Shown piece after piece: positions 45,411-58,752 of a stretch of DNA of 64,000 bases. The stretch's first letter is position 1. Each line of letters opens with the position of its first letter. The notes beneath the pieces are model-generated. The model did no database searches. It saw only the letters and a program-made list of their open reading frames with translations, and had not been told where the DNA came from. Where the stretch lies: contig CAXHJY010001205.1 in NCBI GenBank assembly GCA_964016885.1, positions 1,883 through 65,882 on the forward strand, in the 5' to 3' direction. Source of the DNA: Eledone cirrhosa (lineage: Eukaryota). The position numbers and the translations under genes are program-made.

Positions 45411-45773
45411 GATGGTATCCAATGATGTTGACTTGTTCTTCTTTTTGGTAAATATCATCTTGGTTAAGAGAGTGGGACTGGCTTTGTGCAGTGCCTTTGC
45501 TCACTATAAAAGCTTCACGGCACAGGCATTGCTTTATATCTGGAGATCTCTCTGCACTTGTCGTCACATGGTACCATGGGCCCAGCACTATGTGTCAGTA
45601 ATTGTCACAAGTGTAGTGTTTGTACCAGAGTTTTCAAGTCGCTGGCTGGACTAAAAAGTCACACTCGTTCAGCGCATCGGTAGGGGTTCTCCTACATGGA
45701 TATAAAGTAGTGGCCGTACTCGAAAACGAGTTGGCAGCCACCACCATATATATATATATTTACTTATATATAT

Positions 45774-46099
45774 GGAGGCACATGGCTTAGTGGTTAGAGC
45801 ATTGGCCTTGCAATCAAAAGGTTGTGAGTTCAATTCTCAGACCAGGTGATGTGTTGTTTCCTTGAGCAAGACACTTTATTTCACATTGCTCCAGTTTACT
45901 CAGCTGTAGAAATGAGATGATAGGGACTGGGGTCCATATCATTCCACTGCAAAGTGGTCGTGCAGGTGCCACGGCAAAAAAGCACCCAGCACTCATTGTA
46001 AATGAGGTTGGTGTTAGGAAGGGCATCTAGCTGTAGAAATCAAGCCAGAATCTGTTCCCATCCCACCCAAGCAGGAAAAAAGCGGACGTAAAATGAAAT
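45774..46099 (+). mobile_element. Full-length CORE-like tRNA-SINE
   Basis: Near-identical to 21231-21560. Confidence 0.85.
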
Positions 46100-46259
46100 A
46101 TATATATATATATATGTCCACATGTATATATATGTATATATATGTATATATGTACACATGTATATATATGTATATATGTACACATGTATATATATATATG
46201 TATATATGTACACATGTATATATGTAAACATGTGTATGTATATATACATATAGACTTGT

Positions 46260-46500
46260 ACTGGGTCTCCTGTAAAATCTGTCCAGCGATTCTTTCCTGA
46301 GATATTCTAACCACATGTCCATAGTATCGGAGCTGTGATCTCTCAATTCGGAGAAGAAGCAGCTCTACCTGGAGTGACTTTCTGATCTCCAAGCTATACA
46401 CTCTATCAAATAACATTACTCCAGAGACCCTGTGTCTTCTGCCGGTTGGTTTTACCTGTAAAATCTGTCCAGCGATTCTTTACTGAGACATTCTAACCAT
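46260..46500 (-). mobile_element. RTE LINE ORF fragment, partly duplicated
   Basis: Translation EIRKSLQVELLLLRIERSQLRYYGHVVRISQERIAGQILQ. Confidence 0.7.
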
Positions 46501-47671
46501 ACCTTTACTGTGAGTAAGGTAAATGGTAAATGGTTAAAAGAAACAAATTAGTAGGGCCAGTTTCAGGCAAGTTGGACACATTCAGTTGTCTTATCCAGAC
46601 AACATTGTACAAAATGTAACCTAAACATTATCAATCAAATAATGAAATAATCGAATTAGATTAAATCAAATCAAATTTTTAAGTAAAAATACTAAATCAT
46701 GAATTTATTGACTTCAACAGAAAGAAAGAGATAGAATCTGACAAACAAAATTTAGTTTCCAACCATGTCCAAATTTAGAGAGAATATAGTTTTCCTCTGC
46801 CTTATTTTTTAATGTTTAGCTGATTAACATGGTGATTTCATAGAAAATAATCATTAATTTATACTGAATCTAATTAATACAAATAGTTAGAATGAATTTC
46901 TTGTTGTCTAATTCTGCAGAGAGTGGGTTGGTCTTATTGTTCTTCTTGTTGCTGCTGTTGGTGGTGGTGCTGGTAATGTTGGTGTTGTTGTTGCTGTTGT
47001 CCTTGTTGCTGTTGCTGTTGCCCTTGTTGCTGTTGTTGTTGGTAATGTTGCTGTTGTTCTTGTTGCAGTTTTTGTTGTTCTTCTTCTTTTTATTGTCCTT
47101 GTTGTTTTTGCTGCTCTTGTTGTTGTTGTTGTTACTATTCTTTTTTTTTTTGCTGATGTTTTTTTAATTACCATGAGCTAACCTTTGTGTGTGTGTATGT
47201 ATATATGTGTGTGTGTGTGTATGTATATGTGTGAGTGTGTGTGTGTGTTTGTGTGTGTGTGTTATCTAAAATATAATCAATTTTAGAATTGTTTGTTGTT
47301 GTTGTTGTTGTTATTTTTTTATTTTATATATTTCTATATTTATTAAACTAGATTATACACCTGAAGTAATGTTCTGACTGATTCCACTCTTTAAATATCA
47401 GATCCAGAATTTAAAAAGTGTGTTGCTACTATTGTTGTTGTTGTTGTTGTTCCAGAATTAACTTTTCGCAAAAAGTAAATGAATGGATAATAAATAAATA
47501 AATATTTAGAATAAAATAAACAAATTAATTAAATTAAATTTAAAAAATAAATGTATATATAATAAAATAAATAAATATATAATAAATAAAATAGATATAT
47601 ATATATAAAAATAAATTAATTAATGAATATATAAAAGAAACAAATATATATTTCAACTAATATATATATAT

Positions 47672-47709
<38 letters not shown>

Positions 47710-47929
47710 GTATATGAATGAAATGGAATAGAATCTAATATTAGCGATATCAATATTTTGGGTTTATTGGAAAATTGGGAGTGAAAGACAATAGTTGTTT
47801 GGTAGGCAACAGTAATTATTGCCTCTACTGAGAGAGAGAGGGAGAGGGAGAGACAGAGAGAGAGTGGGGAGGGTTTGAGAGATCTTCCATTGTAATGGAC
47901 AAAGAAATTGAAATTTATTGTAGCATTTA

Positions 47930-48380
47930 TAATGTATAAGAGGGATAAGCTGTAGTGTGCGGGGGAGAAGACTGCGATGGTATGGACATGTGATGTGCAT
48001 GGAGGGTGACCTCTTGGTAAAGAAGTGCCAAGAAATCCCAGTAGAAGGAAGTCGCAGTAGAGGAAGACCTCGAAAATGATGGGCGGAGGTGGTGAGAGCA
48101 GACCTCAGATCGCTGAAACTCACGGAGGAGATGACAAAGGATCATGACAAATGGAGAGATGCTGTGCTGAATAGGACCTGTCCCACCTTTGCAAGTAGGG
48201 AAAGTGGAAGTAAAATGATTATCCAGACACTGCACTCAGTGCTCCTGTGGGAGCCCCTGCATGGACACACTAGAAGAGGGAGACCGAGGCTGGCATATGT
48301 TGAGGCTCTAAGGACAGACACTGGTCTCTTGGAGACACAGGACATGGCAGCGATGATGAGGGACAGAGACTGCTGGTGAG
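47930..48380 (+). mobile_element. Two degraded RTE LINE 3' fragments
   Basis: RRLRWYGHVM...GSRSRGRPRK*W.EVVRADLRSL..DHDKWR (47930-48215) and LLWEPLHGHTRRGRPRLAYVEALRTDTGL..MRDRDCW (48235-48378). Confidence 0.7.
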
Positions 48381-49074
48381 AAGTTGTCCATGGATCTCGG
48401 GAATTTTACCTGCCCTAGATATATATATATATATATGCATTGTCATAAATACATACATATATATATATGTATATATAGACACACACACATATATATACAC
48501 ACATATATGTGTGTATATGTATGTATGTAGTATTGAGGATATTATTGTTAAAAGAAAGACTGTTATTATGTACAGGTGATGACTGATAACATTATACATT
48601 ATCTCTACATTAACATCACTCTCATTCACATCTCTATCATTGCTCTCTAAACTATTGATTCTACACTGGTTTAAATATTCTTTCTCTCCTGTCATCAAAG
48701 ATCTTTTATTGAAAACCAGGCCATTTCCTCTCTACATTCGAACTGTCACGAATATCCCTTAAAATTCATTTTTATTAACATTTTCTTTTCTTTTCTTATT
48801 GTTTGTTTGGTTTGTTTTTTTTCCATTCAAGACAGATGTATTCATTTGTTCCTGTCTATTTTATTGAATTTCTTGTAAATTTTGTTTTGTTATTTATCAT
48901 TTCCATTTGGTGTATGTTTCTAAACGAACAGTTTCTCGATCTCACCTTGTCACGTTGTTTTAAATTTTTATTAGTGTATCATGATTTATGTTTTGCTAGT
49001 GTTTGGAAATAAATAAACATTTAGGTTATATTAGTCGTCACTCAATATAGACCTGTTCCTCAGATAGGGAAAAC

Positions 49075-49540
49075 TGTGTTTTAATCATAGAAAGCACATC
49101 CAACTTTAAAGAAAAAAAAACTTGCCAAATAAGACATGAATACTTCTCGAGTCTGATGCCACAATAAAATGCACTCAGTACATTCAGTGAAATGGTTAGT
49201 GATAGAAAGCATATCCAACTGTAAAAAATACTTGCTGAATAAGACATGGATACCTCAGGGTGCTGTTGCTGCAATAAAATGCATCGAGTACATTCGGTGA
49301 AGTGGTTGGTGGTAGGAAATGCATCCAGCTGTAAAAGAATTTGCCTAACAAAACATGGATACCTCAAGTGCTGGTGTCACAATAAAATGCACCCTGTGTA
49401 TTCAGTGAAATGGTTGGTGGTAGGAAATACATCCAGCTGTAGAAAACTTGCCAAACGAATGGGTTGAAAGGATCTTTAGCTGTGTCAAAGACATGACAAC
49501 CTAGTGCTGGTGCTACAATAGAATACACGCTGTACACACA
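49075..49540 (+). repeat. Diverged ~118-bp tandem copies of the RTE/SINE tail module
   Basis: Repeated aataaaatgcac...cattcagtgaaatggttggtggtaggaaatgcatccagctgta. Confidence 0.65.
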
Positions 49541-49888
49541 GTAGAGTGTAGGAATGTCTGCGAGATGTAGGCTCCCCTCTCCATCTCAGAAGTCAGTCGC
49601 TCTGATTATGTACTAACTTGGTCTATGAAAATCCATACAACCTTTGCTAGGAGAAACATTGGATGCTAAATGATGATGATGATGATGATGATGATAATTT
49701 TTGGTGCTTTTAGCTGCTCCTGATTTTGTTTTGCTGCGCGTGTGCTCATGATTTTCATATGCTTCTTCTATCTTTCCTATCTTTTCTTATATAAATGGTG
49801 ATACTTATGCTTACTTCCCATATTATGTATACTTCTAATGTCCTTAGAACTACTTCTGATATTATATTTGTGTTTTAACCTTTATTAT

Positions 49889-49936
49889 ATACTCTGGTGA
49901 TTCCGGCCTTGTGCTAGGATGAAACAATTGTAAGTG
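49889..49936 (+). ncRNA. Hammerhead ribozyme remnant (one core substitution)
   Basis: tact-CTGgTGA-ttccggc cttgt gctaggat-GAAA-caattg-TA-agtg. Confidence 0.55.
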
Positions 49937-49975
49937 AATAAATGTTTTAAACACTCTTTGATTGTAATTTATAAA

Positions 49976-50033
<58 letters not shown>

Positions 50034-50183
50034 TTATCATTAGTATTTTCAAATTTGAAAGCGGAAATGTTATTCCCATGTGTATGTCGAAATGTCGAAG
50101 TTCAAGAAAAAATGTCAATGCAAATCAGTTAAATATATGAACAATAAGAGATATGCCTTCTCAGTTGTGTGTGTGTGCATATA

Positions 50184-50230
<47 letters not shown>

Positions 50231-50231
50231 G

Positions 50232-50284
<53 letters not shown>

Positions 50285-50337
50285 GTAAGTATGTATGTAT
50301 ACGTACATACATATATGTATACAGACGTACAGTATCA

Positions 50338-50373
<36 letters not shown>

Positions 50374-50523
50374 CAGGCACGCATATATATATATGTACGT
50401 ATCAGTTTAGCGAATACTGTACGTCTGTATACATATATGTATGTACGTATACATACATACTTACATTTAAGTAAGTGCCGTACTAAGAGTGAGAAATGAA
50501 ATTTCGTTTCATTCTATTCCATT

Positions 50524-50554
<31 letters not shown>

Positions 50555-50743
50555 GTATATATATATATGTATATATATATATGTATATATATATATGTGT
50601 ATATATATATGTGTATATATATATGTGTATATATATATATGTGTATATATATATATATGTGTATATATATATGTGTATATATATATATATGTGTATATAT
50701 ATATATATGTGTATATATATATGTATATATATATATGTATATA

Positions 50744-50963
<220 letters not shown>

Positions 50964-51322
50964 GAGGTTCTCTGGAGATACAAATATCTCATTTTTCTTT
51001 CTCATTAGAAAACCATTTAATCCACCTCAATAAATCATATTTGAATGAGGATGAATCAAAAAGAATTTGTCCCTGGAGGGGGATTGTTCTACCAATATTG
51101 TCTCTTCATATTGTCTTTACTCACATTCTTGTTTATATTGTGCTTATTGGCTCAACTTATTATTGTTTCAGGGGTATATGGATCTATGTATGTGCTGTGT
51201 GTGTGTGTGTGTATATGTATATGTATATGTATGTATATATATATAGATATATATATATGGATGTGTATGTATGTATGTATATATATATATTTATGGATGT
51301 GTATGTATATATATATATATGG

Positions 51323-51370
<48 letters not shown>

Positions 51371-51584
51371 ATGGGTATGTATATATATATATGGATGTGT
51401 ATGTATATATATATATATGTACATATATAGATGTGTATATATATAGATGTACGTATATATATATACGTACATACACAGAAGTGTGTATATATATAGATAT
51501 ATGTATGTTTGTGTGTGTTTGTATATATATATATATATATATAGTATAAGAATAAAAGAACAAAGAATCAGTGTTGCATTATAA

Positions 51585-51674
51585 CATATTACATATGTTT
51601 CACTGAAGATCAGCTCGAGGAATGATCCATTATTGATCGAACCTGACTCTGGAATCGAAAGATCCTCAGATATG
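51585..51674 (-). ncRNA. Hammerhead-like motif with ~60-nt stem II region
   Basis: Minus strand: catat-CTGAGGA-(~60 nt)-GAAA-catatg-TA-atatg; perfect stem I and palindromic stem III. Confidence 0.6.
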
Positions 51675-51779
51675 CCTTAATATGTAAGCTCGTCTCTGAT
51701 TTTATACTCTGCTCTGCGCGAACATCGAGTGCTCAACCAGGCATACTGCCTACGGACGCAATTATCTTGCACCTATACA

Positions 51780-51814
<35 letters not shown>

Positions 51815-53422
51815 CCCATGCTAGCGTGGAAAGTGGACATTAAACGGTGATGATTATATATAATACCTCAGATATTCGAAACAACAAACAGCGGAGGACA
51901 CGTTTCGCACCTTTCCGACAGACACCACCCCCCACCCCGGTAAAAATTAAAAACCCTAGTTGATGGATGTGAATCCGAAATATATAGGGACAATTAAATC
52001 TCTCCCAAGGTAACTCTTTCTCGTGTTGTTATTTTTATTTTTATCCTTTACGTTCTTTCCTTCATTCCTCTACACGCTACAGTCTTATACATGCCACGCA
52101 TCTCAACGTACACCCACTTACATCTCTCTCTCCACCGCCGGATCTTGTTACCCGGAGATTTACCCATTTGCATTGTCGAGGCTTCCAAACGACTTAAAGA
52201 TATTTACTTATTATTCCACAATGCTTCAAGCAAACTTCAATACTCTCTTATATATATATGTATTATTAATTAACGTGGCTGAAACGACATGTAGGAATTT
52301 ATAAATATTTTGTTATAACGACTTGTGACTCCTACACTTATTAGTTTGCTTATATATATATCTGTGTGTGTGTGTGTGTGTCTATACATATATGTATGTA
52401 TAAATATATATATATATTTACATATATATACATATATGTGTATATGTATGTATATACATATTGATTGTTTTTCAAGATTGTTCATGTGAAACGTTATATT
52501 GAATTAGATATCGACGTATTTACTTTGGTCAGATTTTCGTTCTAACAATAAACACACAGGAAACTTAGTTTTAATTGATTTTAGTATTATAACTAACCAT
52601 CACCATCATCACGATCACCACCACCATTATCATTATCATCATCATCCACATCATAGTCATTACCGCCACTAGCACTAACACTATCGCCCCGATCACCATC
52701 ACCATCACCGCCATCACAATCATATTCATTACCACCACCACCACCACTATCGCCATCATCAACATCATCATAACTACTACCATCACCAACATTATCATCA
52801 TCATCACTACTATTTTCATCACCCTCACCCTCAATACCACCACCACCACCACTATTATTATTATTATTTTGAACTCAGACCTTATGTCATCAAAATCCAA
52901 GAGTGAGTTGTACCAAATGACCAAAGGTTGTAGCCATTGGCCAAGGGTCGTACCAAATGACCAAGGGTTGTACCAATTGGCTAAGGGTCATACTAAATGA
53001 CCAAGGGTTGTACCAATTGGCCAAGGTTCCTAAGTTCACTCTCCTTATTATATTTGTAGAACTCTTCATAAAATTCTGGCTGTTTCTAAGGGTACAGTCT
53101 TTTGCAGCAATTCAGTCCAAATTTCTGCAGTAATCTTTGAGATCCCATTTTGTATTTTCTTTGTTACTACACCAGAGGCCCCTTGCAACATCTGGAATAT
53201 CTTTCAATCTGTTCATTTCTTAAATTTGCTTTATTTCAAACTTAACCCTTTCATTGCCACATTTCTAATGAAATACACTCTATTTTAATTAATTAATGAA
53301 GAATTTTATGGGGTTTACTAAAATTATTAATTATTTCATTACTTCATTACTAAGATAGTAACTTAATGTAAGGTTCTTATATAAAATTATGTTGGAAGAT
53401 TTTAATTTTAAATTGGAAACCT

Positions 53423-53760
53423 CCCCGCCAAGGTTAACTTTGCCTTTCATCCTTACGGGAGGTCGATAAAATAAAGTACCAGTAATGCACTGGGGTCAAT
53501 TTGATCGACTTTCCCTCCCACTTCCAAAAAATTATTAGATTGTGTCTAAATGAGAAAGCATTATTATTTAGGTGGATTGGCAGTATCGGTAGAGCATCGG
53601 ACACCATGCTTTGCGGCATAGAGTTACGGCCCTTTATGGTCTGAGTTCAAATCCCGCCAAGGTTAACTTTGCCTTTCATCCTTACGGGGTCGATAAAATA
53701 AAGTACCAGTAACACACTGGAATAATTGCTGGCTTTGTGCCAAAGTAGAAACTATTATTA
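53423..53760 (+). mobile_element. Two tandem Meta-like SINEs (truncated, then full)
   Basis: Match the monomer at 17605-17793. Confidence 0.85.
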
Positions 53761-54094
53761 TTTAACACAGTTTAAAATTTAGAAACATCACTGTATCATA
53801 GAATCAAAGTGGTTCTGAAAATAGTAAAAAATTGGATTCATTTTCAATTCTACGTCTATTATTATTATTATTGTTGTTTTGGTTTTGGGTTTGGTTTTGG
53901 TTTTGTTTCCCTGATTTTCTATGGTTTTCTCTAACATCGAAAAAACTTTATTTGTTACAGAAATCTGGCTTCTCTCAACACATTTCTGTTTTATGTTTGA
54001 ATAATGAAGTATTGTGGTCAAATTCAATATTTATTCGCACTGCCAAATCCAAATGTACACATATTTTCAAAAATATTTTGATTTTGCTACAGAG

Positions 54095-54605
54095 GAGTTA
54101 CCAGTTGTGTCAATGGCACAGTGACTTCTCTAGTGCCTGTGGCACAATCAAATGCACCAAGTACATGCTATGAAGTGGTTGGTGTTAGGAGGGCATCCAG
54201 CCACAGAAAACACACTAAATAAAGGGGTGAGAGGATTCTTTGGTTGTGTCAAACACATGACAACCTCCTCACTAGTGCAGGTGCCTTTATAAGTTACAAC
54301 CAATGTATGTTGTTGGGTACGGGGATGTATGTCAGCAAGATATGATTTTATATACATACACATCATCATCATCATCGTTTAACATCCATTTTCCATGCTA
54401 GCATGGGTTAGACGCGTTATAGTTTAAGGCAAGTTGGGTCAGGTGGCCATGCCTTGCTCATACAGAACTGTTTCTGGTTTGGCTTCTATGGCTGGATGCC
54501 CTCCCTAATGCCAACTAGATTTACAGTGAGGGTTGGGCACTTTTTGTCATGACGCCTACATGACCACTTTACAGTGTGGGCTGGATGCTTTATGTCATGA
54601 CACCT
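54095..54605. mobile_element. Two RTE-tail modules, tail-to-tail (+ 54095-54300; - 54361-54605)
   Basis: ggtgttaggagggcatccagc on + and gctggatgccctccctaatgcc with (CAT)n for the - copy. Confidence 0.65.
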
Positions 54606-54865
54606 ATATATATATATATATATATATAAAATTCAAGAAAGGGAAGACCAATTGCTATGTGCATTGGTCTTCCCTGTCCTATGTACACTGGAGTGAGTGA
54701 TATTGACCTTAATGCACCAAAACCACAAGGACCTCCAGAGGTCAACTTATGAGACAAGACTGTGTTATATGTTTCGTCTGTTTTTCCGTTGTCTTCACCC
54801 AACTTTTTTTTAAATTACTTTATAAGATCATAACTGCATAGGTCATTCTTTCAAGTTATATGTTT

Positions 54866-54910
<45 letters not shown>

Positions 54911-54943
54911 CTATATATATATATATATATGTGTGTGTATATA

Positions 54944-54976
<33 letters not shown>

Positions 54977-55013
54977 GTGTGTGTATATATATATGTGTGT
55001 GTGTGTATATATA

Positions 55014-55044
<31 letters not shown>

Positions 55045-55815
55045 GTGTATATATATATATATATATGTGTGTGTATATATATATATATGTGTGTGTGTAT
55101 ATATATATATGCGTGTATGTGTATATATATATATGTGTGTGTGTGTATATATATATATATGTGTGTATATATATGTATATATATATATATATATATGTGT
55201 AAATATATATGTATATATATGTGTATATATATATATGTGTAAATATATATGTATATATATGTGTATATATATGTGTATATATATATATGTGTATATATAT
55301 ATATATGTGTATATATATATATATGTGTATATATATATATGTGTATATATATATATATGTGTATATATATATGTGTATATATATGTGTATATATATATGT
55401 GTATATATATGTATGTGTATGTATATGTGTATATATATGTATATGTATGTGTATATATATGTATATATATGTATATATATGTATATATATATATGTATAT
55501 ATATATGTATATATATATATGTATATATATATGTATATATATATATGTATATATATATGTATATATATATATGTATATATATATGTATATATATGTGTAT
55601 ATATATATGTATATATATGTGTGTATATATATATATGTGTGCATATATATATGTATATATATGTGTACATATGTATATATATGTGTACATATATATGTAT
55701 ATATATGTGTATATATATATGTGTATATATATATATATGTATATATATATGTGTGTATATATATGTATATATATATGTATATATATATATAATATTTTAT
55801 ATATATATATATATA

Positions 55816-55856
<41 letters not shown>

Positions 55857-55865
55857 TTATATATA
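54866..55865. repeat. (TA)/(TG) microsatellite tract
   Basis: Direct. Confidence 0.95.
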
Positions 55866-56111
55866 GTCGTCCTTTAAGTTGTTAAATAACAACTAGACTC
55901 CATCAAAGAACAAAGGCAGCACCATAGAAATTTGATAAAGTCCTGCAGTGAACATTACGAAAAGCTTTGAACAATTCACAGCAGCTCTCTTTACTTCCCT
56001 TTTCATTGTATGTTCAATAGCTAATCAATTAAATCAATAGATCAATATTTATAGGTAGGCATTAAAAAACCATAATGAAGTTAGTGAAGCTGAAGGTCCA
56101 GATGTAACTGA

Positions 56112-56167
<56 letters not shown>

Positions 56168-56184
56168 GTACATACATACATATA

Positions 56185-56443
56185 TCATCATCATCATCAT
56201 TTTATGTCCGCTTTTCCCTGCTTGCAAGGGTGGGACGGGAACTGATGCTGGCTTGATTTCTACAGCTGGATGCCCTTCCTAACACCAACCTCATTTACAG
56301 TGAGTGCTGGGTGCTTTTTTGCCGTGGCACCTCCACGACCACTTTGCAGTGGAATGATAGGGACCCCAGTCCCTATCATCTCATTTCTACAGCTGAGTAA
56401 ACTGGAGCAATGTGAAATAAAGTGTCTTGCTCAAGGAAACAAC
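56185..56443 (-). mobile_element. 5'-truncated CORE-like SINE
   Basis: Reverse complement of 21312-21560. Confidence 0.85.
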
Positions 56444-56495
56444 ATATATATGTATATAAAAATACATATATATATGTATATAAAAATACATATAT

Positions 56496-56533
<38 letters not shown>

Positions 56534-56570
56534 ATGAAGGAAATGTGGTAAGGAACCAGGTGGACCATTT

Positions 56571-56638
<68 letters not shown>

Positions 56639-56778
56639 CTACATATATACATGATCATCATCACCATTTTACATACATTTTCCAATGCTAACATGAGTTA
56701 GACGAGTTGTCCTGTTGCTATATGCACACACAAACACACACACATATATATATATATATATCTATATGTGTGTGTATA

Positions 56779-56968
56779 TAGAAGTAGTTCCACAACAGTT
56801 AATTCACCATTTCCAAGAACAATTGTTTCACCTTAATCGGATCCTCAGCTCAGTTCGAATGAGTTTCCGTATAATCTCATTTAAACCAAGCTGATGAGCT
56901 GATGTACCGACTAAGGTGAAACAATTGTTCTCAGAAATGGTGAATTAACTGTTATGAAACTACTTCTA
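56779..56968. ncRNA. Inverted repeat carrying two outward-facing hammerhead motifs (56813-56853 -, 56886-56934 +)
   Basis: Minus: ctgag-CTGAGGA-tccgattaaggt-GAAA-caattg-TT-cttgg; plus: ccaag-CTGATGA-gctgatgtaccgactaaggt-GAAA-caattg-TT-ctcag. Confidence 0.7.
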
Positions 56969-57033
56969 CCAAACTCGTCCCATGGACTGAGTACTCTACT
57001 ACTGTGGATATAACCACCAGTGTTCTACTATTA

Positions 57034-57072
<39 letters not shown>

Positions 57073-57396
57073 GTGTATATATATATGTATGTATATATAT
57101 ATATGTATATATGTGTATATATATATGTATATATATATATATATATATGTGTGTATATATATATATATGTGTATATATATATGTATGTATATATATATAT
57201 ATATGTATATATGTGTATATATATATGTATGTATATATATATATATATGTATATATGTGTATATATATATGTATATATATATATATATATGTGTGTATAT
57301 ATATATATATGTGTATATATATATGTATGTATATATATATATATATGTATATATGTGTATATATATATGTATATATATATATATATATGTGTATAT

Positions 57397-57434
<38 letters not shown>

Positions 57435-57476
57435 ATATATATATATATGTATATATATATGTATATATATATATAT

Positions 57477-57537
<61 letters not shown>

Positions 57538-57551
57538 TATATAGAGAGAGA

Positions 57552-57587
<36 letters not shown>

Positions 57588-58182
57588 TAAGGCCAGTTAC
57601 TGCAATGGAGACCATACTTGTTCAACCTTTGAAGTTGGTCATCCATACGAACACTATGTAAGTTCTTGATTTGGCCAGGGAGATACGCTGTATAACATCT
57701 AATCTGCTGTTTTAACAACTCCACCAAATCATCAGGTCTAGAATTAATACTTTATTTTATGAAACCCCGAAAGGAGAGAATGCAAAGTTGATGACATTTA
57801 TGTCATTTCAATAAAATATTACAGCAGAAACTTTGATCTGTTTTTGATGCGAAACCCCTTACAGCTGACCTTTCGTTCAGTAGACTGAGCTGTGTATTAT
57901 AGAAATTATTGTATTTATTGAAAAACTATCCATCAAAATGTTATGTAAGAAACTTTATTAAGTTATGTTCCGAATAGCAGCTTGATAATATCGAGAAAGT
58001 TTGTCATATTATTAGATATCTTCGAATTTATTTGAAAATTATTGGCAATGTCTTTTAGAAGTGTGGCAATGAAAGTGTTATATGTATGTATACACATATT
58101 CATACATACATATATATATATGTGTGTGTGTGTGTGAATGTATAAATATGTATGTATGAATGTTGTGTATATATATTTATAT

Positions 58183-58385
58183 ATATCAAGTTTAATATAG
58201 AAATGGCTTTTACAGGACGAAAAGTGTTTCATTCATATGAAATCATCAGGAAAGCTCTGATGATTTCTTTTAAATGAAACAGTTATACTCCTGTAGAAGC
58301 CATTTCTATATTAAATTTGATATTTACACTCTACTATTATATTGAGTACTTTACTAACTGTGGTTACCCCCGATTGAACATGGGG
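58183..58385. mobile_element. Fold-back pLTR-like element with two degenerate hammerhead cores
   Basis: Inverted arms 58183-58249 / 58257-58323, each with CTGATGAtttc..atGAAAc; distal part homologous to the reverse complement of 38370-38430. Confidence 0.55.
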
Positions 58386-58392
58386 CTTGCAT

Positions 58393-58735
58393 ATCATCAT
58401 CATCATCATTTCATTTAACGTCCACTTTTCCCTGCTTGCAAGGGTGAGACGGGAACTGATTTGGCTTGATTTCTACAGCTGGATGCCCTTCCTAACACCA
58501 ACCTCATTTACAGTGAGTGCTGGGTGCGTTTTTGCCGTGGCACCTCCACGACCACTTTGCAGTGGAATGATATGGACCCCAGTCCCTATCATCTCATTTC
58601 TACAGCTGAGTAAACTGGAGCAATGTGAAATAAAGTGTCTTGCTCAAGGAAACAACACATCACCCGGTCTGAGAATTGAACTCACAACCTTTCGATTGCA
58701 AGGCCAATGCTCTAACCACTGAGCCATGTGCCTCC
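58393..58735 (-). mobile_element. Full-length CORE-like tRNA-SINE
   Basis: Reverse complement of 21231-21560. Confidence 0.85.
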
Positions 58736-58752
58736 ATATATATATATATATA

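Noticed and set aside
51890-51925. Hammerhead on the minus strand (GAAA-cgtg-TC)
   Set aside because: The upstream sequence is ctgtcgga, not the core, and stem I does not pair.
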